Shown here piece by piece: positions 17,267 through 26,816 of a DNA stretch of 64,000 nt. Location of the stretch: contig JAUXAO010000001.1 in the NCBI GenBank assembly GCA_030619905.1, forward strand, positions 119,051-183,050, written 5' to 3'. The first letter of the stretch is position 1; the number at the start of each line of letters is the position of its first letter. Origin of the DNA: a bacterium. Lineage in GTDB: Bacteria; Patescibacteriota; Minisyncoccia; Minisyncoccales; CG1-02-41-26. The notes under the pieces were generated by a model. It was not told the origin of the DNA. It searched no databases and was given only the letters and a program-made list of their open reading frames with translations. Made by a program: the position numbers and the translations under genes.

Positions 17267-17707
17267 TTGGAAAAATATTATCAAGAACATAAAGAAAAAG
17301 CCTTGGAGGATAGAAAAAAATATCCTCAAAATAGTTATTACTGGGCAAATAGAGAAAAAATTTTGGCACATACAAGAAAATATCAACAACGCCCAGAAGT
17401 AAAAGAGCATCGTAATAAACGAAAACAAACCCTTAAAGGTAGATTTGAAACATATAAAAGTGGGGCTAAAAGAAGAAGAATTGAATGGAAATTAACCTTT
17501 GAAGAATTTAAAATTTTTTGGCAAAAACCTTGTTATTATTGTGGAAAGGAAATAGAAACTATTAGACTTGATAGAATAAATGCTCAGAGGGATTATTCTA
17601 TTGATAATATTATTCCTTGTTGCTCAGAATGTAATAAACTTAGAGGAAAAATATCTCAAGAAAAATTTATTAAAATGTGTAAAAAAATAGCCGACCATCT
17701 ATCTTGA
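17267..17707 (+). CDS. Free-standing HNH endonuclease
   Basis: CYYCGKEIE..LDRINAQRDYSIDNIIPCCSECNKLRG (Cys-pair / HNH-type motif with Asp-Arg-Ile-Asn and Asn). Basic, repetitive N-terminus. TTG start in the track. Confidence 0.75.
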   Translation: MEKYYQEHKEKALEDRKKYPQNSYYWANREKILAHTRKYQQRPEVKEHRNKRKQTLKGRFETYKSGAKRRRIEWKLTFEEFKIFWQKPCYYCGKEIETIRLDRINAQRDYSIDNIIPCCSECNKLRGKISQEKFIKMCKKIADHLS

Positions 17708-18082
17708 TTTATTTGGGCGGAGCTTTTTTTATTTTCCAACCAATATCTTCCTTGCCCGTATATAATCTGAATTCCTTAGGTTTTTTAAAAAAAGAGGGAT
17801 ATATTTAATAACGATTAATTTATTTCTTTTAACTTCGTTTTCATACAATCCCTGATAATCCAATAAGTCTTAGGAGCGACATTGAAGCGTTTGGTGAATT
17901 TAGTTGCTTTGGACATTTTCTTCTAAATATCTGTAGGTTCAACTAATAAATCTAAAAAATCTCTTTCTCTTAAAATGACTAGGGGGGGTAGAGCTGAAAT
18001 TGTTTTTCTTTCTGCCTCCCCACCATAGGAATTTTACCTTGGGAGCAGGGCTTTAAAGTTTAAATGTGTTATTATAAATAAT

Positions 18083-20212
18083 ATGGCCCAAAGAGTTTAC
18101 CGAAGAAAAATCTTTCAAAAAAAGAGAAAGAATATTATTATCAATCTCCTTAAAATATCAGGAGCTATTTTATTTGTTTTCCTATTTATTGCCGTCATTT
18201 TATTTATTCTCAATATTAGAGATCTACCAAGACCTGAAAAATTTACTGAAGGGATAATCCCACAATCAACAAAAATCTATGATCGAGAAGGAAAAGTGAT
18301 TCTATATGAAATTGCTGGTGAAGAAAAGAGAACTTTAGTCTCTTTAAGTGAGATTCCTGATTATTTGGAATTAGCAGTGATTGCAGCTGAAGACAAAAAT
18401 TTTTATGAACATCAGGGGTTAGACTTTACAGGAATTTTCCGTGCTATTTTAACCGACCTTAAATTAAGAAAACCTATTCACGGTGGTTCAACAATTACCC
18501 AACAATTAATCCGTTCATATTTCCTAACTACTAAAAAGACATTAGAGAGAAAAACTAGAGAGATCCTCTTAAGTTTAGAGCTTGAGAGACGCTATTCAAA
18601 AGATCAGATTCTAGGATGGTATTTAAACCTTATTCCTTTTGGTTCAAATCTTTATGGAGTCGAAGCAGCTTCCCAGGCATTTTTTGGGAAACGTGTCTCT
18701 GATATCTCCTTAGAAGAGGCAGCGATTATTGCTGCTATAATCAAAACTCCCTCTTATCTTTGGCCAGGCGGGACCCATTTAGACGAACTCTTAGGCAGAA
18801 AGGATTATGTCCTAGGAAGAATGAAGGAATTAAATTACATTAGCGAAGAGCAAGAAAAAGAGGCAAAAGAAAAGGAAATTAAGTTTACTCTTAAAATTAA
18901 TCCCATAGAGGCTCCTCATTTTGTAATATATGTTAAATCCTATCTTGAAGACAAATATGGAAGGGACTTTCTAAATAGAGCTGGTTTAAAAGTTTATACA
19001 ACCATAGATATTGATCTTCAAAAGAAAGCTGAAACCCTTATAGAAGAAGGAGTAGAAAATTTAAAAAAATACAATGTTCATAATGGGGCCTTAGTTAGTA
19101 TTGATCCTAAAACTGGTGAAATCTTAGCAATGGTTGGCTCTAAAGATTGGCATGGAGAGTCCGAAGAATGCTCCCCAGAGACAAATATGTGCAAATTTGA
19201 CCCTAAAGTAAATGTTACCCTTAGTTCACGCCAGCCAGGATCTGCTTTTAAACCTTTCGCTTATGCAAAAGCGCTTCAAAAAGGCTTCACCCCTAAAACA
19301 CTCATTTGGGATTTAGCCACTGAATTTGACCCAAATTGTTCTCCAGAATGTAACCAGACTTATGGTAAATATGATTCAAAATGCTACCACCCAAGAAACT
19401 ATGATAATAAATTTATAGGGTTAATAGACATAAGAACCGCTTTAGCTCAATCTAGAAATCTTCCTTCAGTTAAAGTTTTGTATCTAGCCGGGCTTGAAGA
19501 GACATTAGGATTAGCAAAAAGCCTTGGTATTACTACATTGGAAAACGGAAGAGTTTATGGTTTGTCCTTGGTATTAGGAGGAGGAGAAGTAAGGCTTTTA
19601 GAAATGACTAAGGCTTACTCAGTCTTTGCTAATGATGGAATAAAAGTACCTTTAAACTTTATTAAAAAAATAGAAGATGGAGATGGAAATATTATTGAGG
19701 AAATAAAAAAAGGCGAATCAAGAATTTTACCTTCTCAGATTACCAGACAGATAAATGATATTCTATCTGATAATGAAGCCCGTGCTGCTGTGTTTGGATG
19801 GAATTCTGCTTTGTATTTTAAGGATTATGATGTCGCAGTTAAAACCGGAACTACCCAATTCTTTAATGATGCTTGGGCAATCGGTTATACTCCATCAATA
19901 GCAACTGGGGTTTGGATAGGTAATAATGATAACTCTTCTATGACAAAACCAGGAGTGGTATTATCGGGTCCAATCTGGCATAATTTTATGCTTGAAGCCC
20001 TGAAAAATTATCCTAAAGAAGAGTTTAAAAAACCAGAAGAGATCACAACTGGAAAGCTTGTATTAGACGGTGAGATATTAGAAGAACCTCATTCCATTCT
20101 TTATTATGTTGAAAAAAAAGATCCTCAAGGAGAAATCCCTGAAGACCCATCAACCGACTTACAATATTTAAACTGGGAATACTCAGTAAATAAATACTTT
20201 GATTCTTTTTAA
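18083..20212 (+). CDS. Class A penicillin-binding protein (PBP1A-type transglycosylase/transpeptidase)
   Basis: Glycosyltransferase motifs AAEDKNFYEHQG and GGSTITQQL. Transpeptidase motifs SAFKPF (SxxK), SRN and KTGTT. N-terminal TM anchor. Confidence 0.93.
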   Translation: MAQRVYRRKIFQKKRKNIIINLLKISGAILFVFLFIAVILFILNIRDLPRPEKFTEGIIPQSTKIYDREGKVILYEIAGEEKRTLVSLSEIPDYLELAVIAAEDKNFYEHQGLDFTGIFRAILTDLKLRKPIHGGSTITQQLIRSYFLTTKKTLERKTREILLSLELERRYSKDQILGWYLNLIPFGSNLYGVEAASQAFFGKRVSDISLEEAAIIAAIIKTPSYLWPGGTHLDELLGRKDYVLGRMKELNYISEEQEKEAKEKEIKFTLKINPIEAPHFVIYVKSYLEDKYGRDFLNRAGLKVYTTIDIDLQKKAETLIEEGVENLKKYNVHNGALVSIDPKTGEILAMVGSKDWHGESEECSPETNMCKFDPKVNVTLSSRQPGSAFKPFAYAKALQKGFTPKTLIWDLATEFDPNCSPECNQTYGKYDSKCYHPRNYDNKFIGLIDIRTALAQSRNLPSVKVLYLAGLEETLGLAKSLGITTLENGRVYGLSLVLGGGEVRLLEMTKAYSVFANDGIKVPLNFIKKIEDGDGNIIEEIKKGESRILPSQITRQINDILSDNEARAAVFGWNSALYFKDYDVAVKTGTTQFFNDAWAIGYTPSIATGVWIGNNDNSSMTKPGVVLSGPIWHNFMLEALKNYPKEEFKKPEEITTGKLVLDGEILEEPHSILYYVEKKDPQGEIPEDPSTDLQYLNWEYSVNKYFDSF

Positions 20213-21333
20213 CTCAATTTTATTGGCATTGATACGTAAATATAACTTTCATCTCCAACTGGTTTTAAAACACCAGGACCGTCTTCACCATTCAGTTCAA
20301 AAATAACTTCTGAACTTTTAATATTCTGTAATCCTGAAATAAGGAATCTATAATTAAAGGAAATCTCAATTGGTTCTCCTTTTATTTTTATTGGAAGGTA
20401 AGATTCATTTTTTCCTATTTCAGGACTTTCAGAGTATATTTTTAATTGATTATCCTTGGATTGGACAACTAATTTAACCTCTGAGATTTTACCACCAAAT
20501 AATCCTGCTTGTTTTAATTGATTTTGAAAATCATCTTTTTTAACTATAATCTGTGTCTTGTATTTCTTAGGAATAATCTCCTGATATTTAGGATATTCTC
20601 CTTCGATTAAACGAGAAAGAACCTGAACACGAGAATGAGATGTTTCTTCGTTTATATTCTCAAATAAAATTTGATTGGGGGAGAAGTAGATTATAGTATG
20701 ACCGTCTTTTTGACTTAAAATATTTATCAATTCTCTGATCGCATCTTGAGGAAGAATAAAAGAAACTTCCTTTTTTATTTCTTCTTTTAAAGTAATAGTT
20801 TTTTCAGCTAAACGAAAACTATCAGTTCCAACAACCTTTAATAGGTCTTTTTTAAAAGAAAAATAAATACCAGATATTTCAGGTCTTATCTGAGATATTG
20901 AAGGAATCTCAATAATTTGACTAAGAGCTTCTAAGAGTTTTTGGTTGGAAATTTTAACTATTTCTTCTTTTTCCATCTTCGGTATTATTGGAAACTCCTC
21001 AGGATCCATACCTTGAATCTGAGTTGCCTGATTTTTAGTTTCTAATATTAAATTTTTATCCTGGCTCCTTAATTCTATTTTTTCTTCTTTTAAAAGATTA
21101 ATTAAACTTGAGAAGAAAGTAGCTGGAACTGCAATTTTTCCCTCTTCTTTTATTTTAGCTAATACCCACCAACTAATACTTGTTTCTAAATTGGTAGTAT
21201 CAAGACGTAAAAAATTACCCTCACAAGATAATAAAACATTACTAAGAGCAGGTAAGGTTAAATTTTTCTTTGCTATTTTTTCAACAACCTCTAGTCCGTT
21301 TTTTAAATTGTTTTTTAAAATTTCAATTTTCAT
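20209..21333 (-). CDS. dnaN: DNA polymerase III beta sliding clamp
   Basis: 374 aa, three-domain clamp length, directly downstream of dnaA. N-terminal MKIEILKNNLKNGL and internal SFRLAEK pattern. Confidence 0.9.
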   Translation of the reverse strand: MKIEILKNNLKNGLEVVEKIAKKNLTLPALSNVLLSCEGNFLRLDTTNLETSISWWVLAKIKEEGKIAVPATFFSSLINLLKEEKIELRSQDKNLILETKNQATQIQGMDPEEFPIIPKMEKEEIVKISNQKLLEALSQIIEIPSISQIRPEISGIYFSFKKDLLKVVGTDSFRLAEKTITLKEEIKKEVSFILPQDAIRELINILSQKDGHTIIYFSPNQILFENINEETSHSRVQVLSRLIEGEYPKYQEIIPKKYKTQIIVKKDDFQNQLKQAGLFGGKISEVKLVVQSKDNQLKIYSESPEIGKNESYLPIKIKGEPIEISFNYRFLISGLQNIKSSEVIFELNGEDGPGVLKPVGDESYIYVSMPIKLS

Positions 21334-21551
21334 AATATTAATCTATATTAATTTATATTAAATTATTGTTGTTATTAGGATAATGATTTTGGGGAGAAAA
21401 AGACCTTTTTACTTATAAATTAAAGTAAAATTTGTTTTTAGATATGTTAAATAACTGTTTAAAAATGTCTTAATGGTAATAGGATAAGTTTTTAATAAAA
21501 TTAGTTAGGGATAATAATTCACGATTAGTCAACAGTTTTTTCACAGTTTTT
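21334..21551. other. AT-rich dnaA-dnaN spacer, candidate oriC segment
   Basis: 218 nt non-coding and very AT-rich. Three GGATAA-core near-DnaA-boxes (ttaggataa 21375-21383, ataggataa 21479-21487, tagggataa 21506-21514), each 2-3 mismatches from TGTGGATAA. Confidence 0.35.
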
Positions 21552-22919
21552 CTACAGACTTTCACTATAGATTCTTTGGCGGATTAAACCCATTTCATTT
21601 ATTAAACTCTCATTATTTTCTAATTCCTTAGATATTTTTTCACAAGCGTAAATAGCTGTAGTATGATCTTTACCACCGAATTTTCTTCCAATTGAGGGGT
21701 AAGATTCTTTCAATTCAAATCTTAATAGATACATTGCAATTTGACGCGGCCTGACAATTTCCTTTCTCCTCGTTAAGGCTAGAAGGTCTCCTCCTTTTAA
21801 GTCATAAAATTGAGCTACAGCTTGAACTATTTTTTTATAAGTGGTAGATCTAGCGGGAAAGTTAATTAAGTTGGATAAAAGCTTTTTAACAACATCAATA
21901 TCAGGAGATTTATTATTTAATTTTTTAAAAATTAATAATCTATTTAAAGCTCCTTCTAGCTCTCTAATATTTCGTTGGATATTTGAAACAATATACTCTA
22001 AAACGTCGGAATGTAATTCAATTCCCTTTTCTTCACATTTTGCTTTTAGTATTGCCATTCGAGTCTCAAAATCAGGAAGACTTATATCTGCAATCATTCC
22101 TCCTTCAAACCTTGATCTTAATCTTTCCTCTAACGCCGGAATAGCTTTTGGAGGCTTATCAGAAGAAAGAATTATTTGCTTGTTTGCTTCACGTAATGTA
22201 TTAAAGATGTGGAAAAACTCTTCCTGTGTTTTTTCTTTTCCAGCTAGAAATTGAGCATCGTCCATAATTAAAACATCTATCTCTCTGAGTTTTGTTTTTA
22301 AGTTTTCGATTTCATGTTCTCTAATTGCCCTCACTATTTCTGAAGTAAATCTTTCAGCAGGAACATATTTAACATTCTTTTTAGGAAAGTTTTCAACGAT
22401 CCGATTGCCAATAGCTTCTAGAAGATGAGTTTTTCCTAATCCTACTCCTCCATAAATAAATAAAGGATTATAAACTAGGCCGGGATTGTCTGAAATTGCC
22501 CAGGCAGCTGCATGAGCTAGTTCATTAAAAGAGCCGATTACAAAATTATCAAATCTATAGATAGGATTAAGGTTAGTCTCTTGGTCTATTTTAAATTCAT
22601 TAAAGCTGAGTTGATTTATCTCGAGTTCTTCCCGTTTTTTAGAAATAGACTTACTTTTGGTTCTTGAGGGTTTTTCTAGTTGAACAGTATAGTTTATTAT
22701 TTTAATACCATTATCTAAATTACGGAGTATTTTTAAAATAGTATTGTGATATTTACTGGAAAGCCATTCTTTAGAAAAGGAATTAGGAACAGAGACTATA
22801 ATTTCCCCGTCTTTCTTTGAAAGGATTTTAGTATTTCGGAACCAAGTGGCAAAATTGGCTCGAGATACACCAAATTGTATTTGGGCAAGAACAGCTTGCC
22901 AGAGTTCTTCCTTATCCAT
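21552..22919 (-). CDS. dnaA: Chromosomal replication initiator DnaA
   Basis: Walker A GGVGLGKTHLL, Walker B LIMDDAQFL, C-terminal DNA-binding signature GGKDHTTAIYACEKI. Confidence 0.97.
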   Translation of the reverse strand: MDKEELWQAVLAQIQFGVSRANFATWFRNTKILSKKDGEIIVSVPNSFSKEWLSSKYHNTILKILRNLDNGIKIINYTVQLEKPSRTKSKSISKKREELEINQLSFNEFKIDQETNLNPIYRFDNFVIGSFNELAHAAAWAISDNPGLVYNPLFIYGGVGLGKTHLLEAIGNRIVENFPKKNVKYVPAERFTSEIVRAIREHEIENLKTKLREIDVLIMDDAQFLAGKEKTQEEFFHIFNTLREANKQIILSSDKPPKAIPALEERLRSRFEGGMIADISLPDFETRMAILKAKCEEKGIELHSDVLEYIVSNIQRNIRELEGALNRLLIFKKLNNKSPDIDVVKKLLSNLINFPARSTTYKKIVQAVAQFYDLKGGDLLALTRRKEIVRPRQIAMYLLRFELKESYPSIGRKFGGKDHTTAIYACEKISKELENNESLINEMGLIRQRIYSESL

Positions 22920-23017
22920 AAAGCGATGATAAAGGGTTATATATTATTATCTTTCTATTTTTAGAATATAGCAAATGTCTCTAAAAATCAACCGAAAACA
23001 CATCCTTGTTAATAAGT

Positions 23018-23026
23018 TGTGGATAA
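23018..23026. promoter_or_regulatory. Perfect DnaA box (TGTGGATAA = TTATCCACA) in the dnaA/rpmH divergent spacer
   Basis: Exact 9-mer consensus read directly from the sequence, 99 nt upstream of the dnaA start and 52 nt upstream of rpmH. Confidence 0.6.
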
Positions 23027-23077
23027 ACTGTGAAGCCCAAGTTTGACTGAAAAATTATTTTTTGCTAATCTTTTAAT

Positions 23078-23212
23078 ATGTCTATAACTTATCAACCTAA
23101 AAAAAGGAAGAGAAAAAAGACGCATGGTTTTAGAACAAGAAGCAGGACAAAAGGAGGAACAAGGATTTTAGCTAGAAGGAGAGGAAAGGGAAGAAAGAGA
23201 ATAACGGTGTAG
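23078..23212 (+). CDS. rpmH: 50S ribosomal protein L34
   Basis: My own translation: [44 protein letters not shown] (44 aa, below the ORF-track cutoff). Canonical position upstream of rnpA. Confidence 0.95.
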   Translation: MSITYQPKKRKRKKTHGFRTRSRTKGGTRILARRRGKGRKRITV

Positions 23213-23248
23213 GTTATTTCTTAATTTTTAATTTTATTATTCATTATT

Positions 23249-23593
23249 GTGTTAGCTAAGAAGTATTGCCTTAAAAGAAAAAAAGATTTTCAAAAAGTGA
23301 GTCAGAGAGGTAAGAAAATAGAAATAGACTTTTTGGTTCTAAAATTCTTACGAAACTCTCTTGATGTAACAAGAATTGGCTTTGTTGTTAGCCAGAAAGT
23401 TTCTAAAAAAGCATTTTTAAGAAACAAAATAAAACGAAGATTAAGAGAAATAATAAAGATTGATTTGTCTAATCTAGAGCCAGGATACGACTTGATTTTT
23501 TTTACTAAAAAGGAAATTATAGAGAAGGATTTTTTGGAGATAAAGAATGTAGTTGAACAAATTCTGGGAAAAGCAAAACTAACACATAAATAG
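23249..23593 (+). CDS. rnpA: RNase P protein component
   Basis: 114 aa and basic. Shows the conserved rpmH-rnpA-yidD-yidC synteny and an RNR-like KIKRRLREI motif. GTG start. Confidence 0.8.
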   Translation: MLAKKYCLKRKKDFQKVSQRGKKIEIDFLVLKFLRNSLDVTRIGFVVSQKVSKKAFLRNKIKRRLREIIKIDLSNLEPGYDLIFFTKKEIIEKDFLEIKNVVEQILGKAKLTHK

Positions 23594-23606
23594 ATAATTT
23601 ATAATT

Positions 23607-23816
23607 ATGCTTAGAAAAATATTTTTAAAGATAATAAAAGTATATCAAAAGTTTATTTCGCCTCTTTTAGGTGGAAGTTGTCGATTTTATCCTTCTTGTT
23701 CTGAATATAGTTATAAGACAATTGAAAAGTACGGGGCTTTAAAGGGAGGAGCTCTTTCTTTCTGGAGAATATTGAGATGTAACCCTTGGAACAAAGGAGG
23801 AATAGATTTACCATGA
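23607..23816 (+). CDS. yidD: Membrane protein insertion efficiency factor YidD
   Basis: [19 protein letters not shown] and [13 protein letters not shown] signatures; 69 aa. Confidence 0.93.
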   Translation: MLRKIFLKIIKVYQKFISPLLGGSCRFYPSCSEYSYKTIEKYGALKGGALSFWRILRCNPWNKGGIDLP

Positions 23817-23823
23817 AACTATT

Positions 23824-24537
23824 ATGAATATTTTAATTCTCGTTTTTAATACAGTATTATATCAGCCGCTATTAAATGGTTTGATTTTACTCTACGAATA
23901 TATTCCTGGTCATGATCTTGGAGTAGCTGTTATTGCTATTACTCTGATTATGCGCCTTTTACTCTATCCTTCTTCTATTCGTGGTGTTAGATCACAGAAA
24001 GCATTAGCTGATTTACAACCAAAGATCCAAGAAATCCAAAAAGAATATAAGGACGATAAAAATAAGCAAACAAAATTATTAATGGAACTTTATCAGAAGG
24101 AAAAGATTAACCCTTTTGCTGGTTGTTTACCTCTTCTTCTCCAACTCCCTATTTTAATTGCTCTCTATCAGGTTTTTTTAAGAGGACTTCAGCCAGAATC
24201 TCTAACTCAATCTCTTTATAGTTTTGTTCCTCATCCAGGTATAATAAGCTTTAGTTTTTTAGGATTAATTAATCTTGCAGAGTCTAACATATTTTTAGCT
24301 TTCTTAGCTGGCCTTTTTCAGTTTTATCAATTAAAGATTTCAACTGCCCAGAAAGGAAATATTAAAAAAGAAGCTACTGGCTTTTCAAAGATGATGCAGC
24401 AGCAGATGCTTTATTTTTTCCCAATCTTTACAGTCTTTATTATCTGGAAACTAGGCTCAGTTATTGGTCTTTATTGGATAGTCTCTATATTGTTTTCAAT
24501 CGGGGAACAATATATAGTTAGAAAAAGACATGCTTAA
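23824..24537 (+). CDS. yidC: Membrane protein insertase YidC (short form)
   Basis: Five-TM short YidC/Oxa1 layout with the conserved KINPFAGCLPLLLQLPILIALY segment; synteny. Confidence 0.88.
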   Translation: MNILILVFNTVLYQPLLNGLILLYEYIPGHDLGVAVIAITLIMRLLLYPSSIRGVRSQKALADLQPKIQEIQKEYKDDKNKQTKLLMELYQKEKINPFAGCLPLLLQLPILIALYQVFLRGLQPESLTQSLYSFVPHPGIISFSFLGLINLAESNIFLAFLAGLFQFYQLKISTAQKGNIKKEATGFSKMMQQQMLYFFPIFTVFIIWKLGSVIGLYWIVSILFSIGEQYIVRKRHA

Positions 24538-24991
24538 TAAAAAAGATTTAGAAAAAATTAAAAAGGAAACAGAAAGATTTTTTGAAAAAATGAATTTTGG
24601 GATAGAGATTGGAATAAAAGAAAATGAAGAAAATATTGTTTCTGTAAGTTTAAAAATCGAAGAACCTCAGATATTAATAGGCAAAGATGGTCAGACCCTC
24701 ATGGATATTCAGCATCTTTTAAAGAGGATTCTAAGAAAAGACCTGGAACAAGTTTTTATTGATTTTGACATTAACGAATACAAGAAGAAAAAAAGGGAAT
24801 ATTTGAAAGAGTTAGCCCAAAGTTCAGCTGATGAGGTCGTTCTTGCTAAAAAAGAAAAGACCCTCAATCCAATGTCTTCTTATGAAAGAAGAATAATTCA
24901 CATTGAATTGTTGGGTCGGAATGATGTAAAAACAGAAAGTATTGGTGAGGAAATGGAAAGAAGGGTGGTAATAAAACCTTTAAAAGATTAA
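24530..24991 (+). CDS. jag: Jag-family RNA-binding protein (KH + R3H domains)
   Basis: KH-like IGKDGQTLMDIQHLL and R3H SYERRIIHIEL. Overlaps the yidC stop, with canonical yidC-jag synteny. Confidence 0.82.
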   Translation: MLNKKDLEKIKKETERFFEKMNFGIEIGIKENEENIVSVSLKIEEPQILIGKDGQTLMDIQHLLKRILRKDLEQVFIDFDINEYKKKKREYLKELAQSSADEVVLAKKEKTLNPMSSYERRIIHIELLGRNDVKTESIGEEMERRVVIKPLKD

Positions 24992-25845
24992 CGACAACAG
25001 AAATAATTAATAGAACTGTCGCAGATACACTCTAGGCACTCGGTATTTATTTCTGTTGTTTTTTTATTCTCTTCACAAACACTTTTACATTCCTCGATTT
25101 TTTCTGAAGGAAACTGGTCATTTTGGTCAAAGATATCTCTACACCGGATTGTTTTAGTCTCTGTATTCTTTGCACAGTTATTAAACTCTGTTCTTGCTTG
25201 ATCTATCTTTTCTCTAATCTCTTCAGTATTATTTTCGTACAGATTGTTTATTTCTTGAAATGAATGATCTATCTTTTCAAAAGCATCATTAACTAACTGA
25301 TTTGGGAATTCTAGGTCAGGGCAGATTTTTCCTTTGCAGGTTTTTTCAACACATTTTGCTACACAAAATGGTTCACACGAACAACATCCATTATCTGATT
25401 CATCGCCACAATCACAAGAACAATTAGAGGAACAATCTTCACTGCTACATATACATTCTTCACAAGGGCAGGTACCACTCGGTTCGCATTTGAAGTCTGC
25501 GTAACAACTTGTATCAACACAGACTGGTTGGCAATGATCTAAATTGCATTTTTGAGCTGCGGTTACCATTTCCTGGGCAGCTTCTATTTGATCTGGGATA
25601 GTATGGTAGATAGTTTCTAATTCTATATAAATATCATTTAATAAATCAGAAGATTTATCTACAGATTCGCCAATAGGAATTTTTGTGTCACAGGTTAGAA
25701 TTTGATTCTGGGCAGAAATCTTTTCTTGCTGACTGAACAAATTAAAAGTCAGACAAACCAAAATTAATCCTAGAACAAGAATAATAGTTTTAAAATTAAG
25801 TTTTAAAAGTTTGTTCATTTTTATTTTTTTTGGGTTAAATTTCAT
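24988..25845 (-). CDS. Secreted/anchored cysteine-cluster protein (about 31 Cys in 285 aa)
   Basis: N-terminal TM/signal, PIGESVD motif, helical segment, then CQPVCVDTSCYADFKCEPSGTCPCEECICSSEDCSSNCSCDCGDESDNGCCSCEPFCVAKCVEKTCKGKICPD. Last gene of the minus-strand T4SS-like operon. Confidence 0.7.
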   Translation of the reverse strand: MKFNPKKIKMNKLLKLNFKTIILVLGLILVCLTFNLFSQQEKISAQNQILTCDTKIPIGESVDKSSDLLNDIYIELETIYHTIPDQIEAAQEMVTAAQKCNLDHCQPVCVDTSCYADFKCEPSGTCPCEECICSSEDCSSNCSCDCGDESDNGCCSCEPFCVAKCVEKTCKGKICPDLEFPNQLVNDAFEKIDHSFQEINNLYENNTEEIREKIDQARTEFNNCAKNTETKTIRCRDIFDQNDQFPSEKIEECKSVCEENKKTTEINTECLECICDSSINYFCCR

Positions 25846-25847
25846 TT

Positions 25848-26810
25848 TTATTTATCTATACATCTATAATATAATTCCTCTATTGCTTCTTCGATTTCTT
25901 CAATTTTTTCCATAATTTTCTGGATGTCTGCTTGAGAACATTGGCTAAGGATAGAGCATTCTTTTGCTAAACAACCGCAGGACAATTCTTCGCAAAGTGA
26001 TTTTTCGCTACACTGACATTTATCAGTTAGATTTTTCAGGTCCTGGCTTAATTCCTTTAATCTCTTCGATTCTGTAATTATTATTCTTATCCTATCTTTA
26101 AATTTAGTGCTCTCTTTATCGTATTCTTTCTGAAGGATATTTTGAACTTCATTACCTGCTTTTTCAATCCGAAGATAATATTTTCCTATCAGTTCATTGC
26201 CCAAGTAAAGATCTGGACAAGCCCTAAATAAACCATTGTTATTGTAAAAATCTGTGTAGTCACTTTTACAAGGAAGAGATCCCACAGGATAAGATGTTTG
26301 ATATTTGCTACAGTGGCCAATGCAGTCAGGTTGGCATTCATAGCCAGGACATTTTTCGCAATCGCACTCGGCTGAGAGAACTGAACAATCTTCACCTGAA
26401 CAAGTGGCTATAGGACATCCTCCGTTACAATGAAAATCTTTTGCATAACAGCTAGCGTCTATGCATTGAGTCTGGCATTTATCTGGGTTACAGCCTTTGT
26501 CGGGATCTTGAATTAACTCTATTATCTTCTCAAGAGTGTTGATTTGATATGAGGCAAAATTGTAAATAGTCTTAACCTCCCAACAAGCCTCAAATAATTT
26601 ATCTTCTTTATCGGTTCTTTTTAAATCAGGAATTGTTAATTGGCAAATTTGAGGATATGGAATCCTTAACTCGTCTCCAGCATTTTCAGTAGTATAAGCT
26701 CTTGTAGAAGTAATTGGAGAAAGGATATTAAATTTAACAATTAGAAAGACTGCTGACAAAATAATTCCCAGAAGAATTAATATTTTTAAAAAAGATATTT
26801 TTTTATCCAT
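25848..26810 (-). CDS. Secreted/anchored cysteine-cluster protein, paralog of 24988..25845
   Basis: TM anchor, CQTQCIDASCYAKDFHCNGGCPIATCSGEDCSVLSAECDCEKCPGYECQPDCIGHC, and a second module LKNLTDKCQCSEKSLCEELSCGCLAKECSILSQC followed by an acidic helix. Confidence 0.7.
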   Translation of the reverse strand: MDKKISFLKILILLGIILSAVFLIVKFNILSPITSTRAYTTENAGDELRIPYPQICQLTIPDLKRTDKEDKLFEACWEVKTIYNFASYQINTLEKIIELIQDPDKGCNPDKCQTQCIDASCYAKDFHCNGGCPIATCSGEDCSVLSAECDCEKCPGYECQPDCIGHCSKYQTSYPVGSLPCKSDYTDFYNNNGLFRACPDLYLGNELIGKYYLRIEKAGNEVQNILQKEYDKESTKFKDRIRIIITESKRLKELSQDLKNLTDKCQCSEKSLCEELSCGCLAKECSILSQCSQADIQKIMEKIEEIEEAIEELYYRCIDK

Positions 26811-26816
26811 TTTTTG

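Noticed and set aside
23607-23816. Alternative genetic code (UGA recoded, as in some CPR lineages)
   Set aside because: TGA terminates yidD and ruvC at their normal conserved lengths. No conserved protein shows in-frame TGA interruptions, so the standard bacterial code fits.
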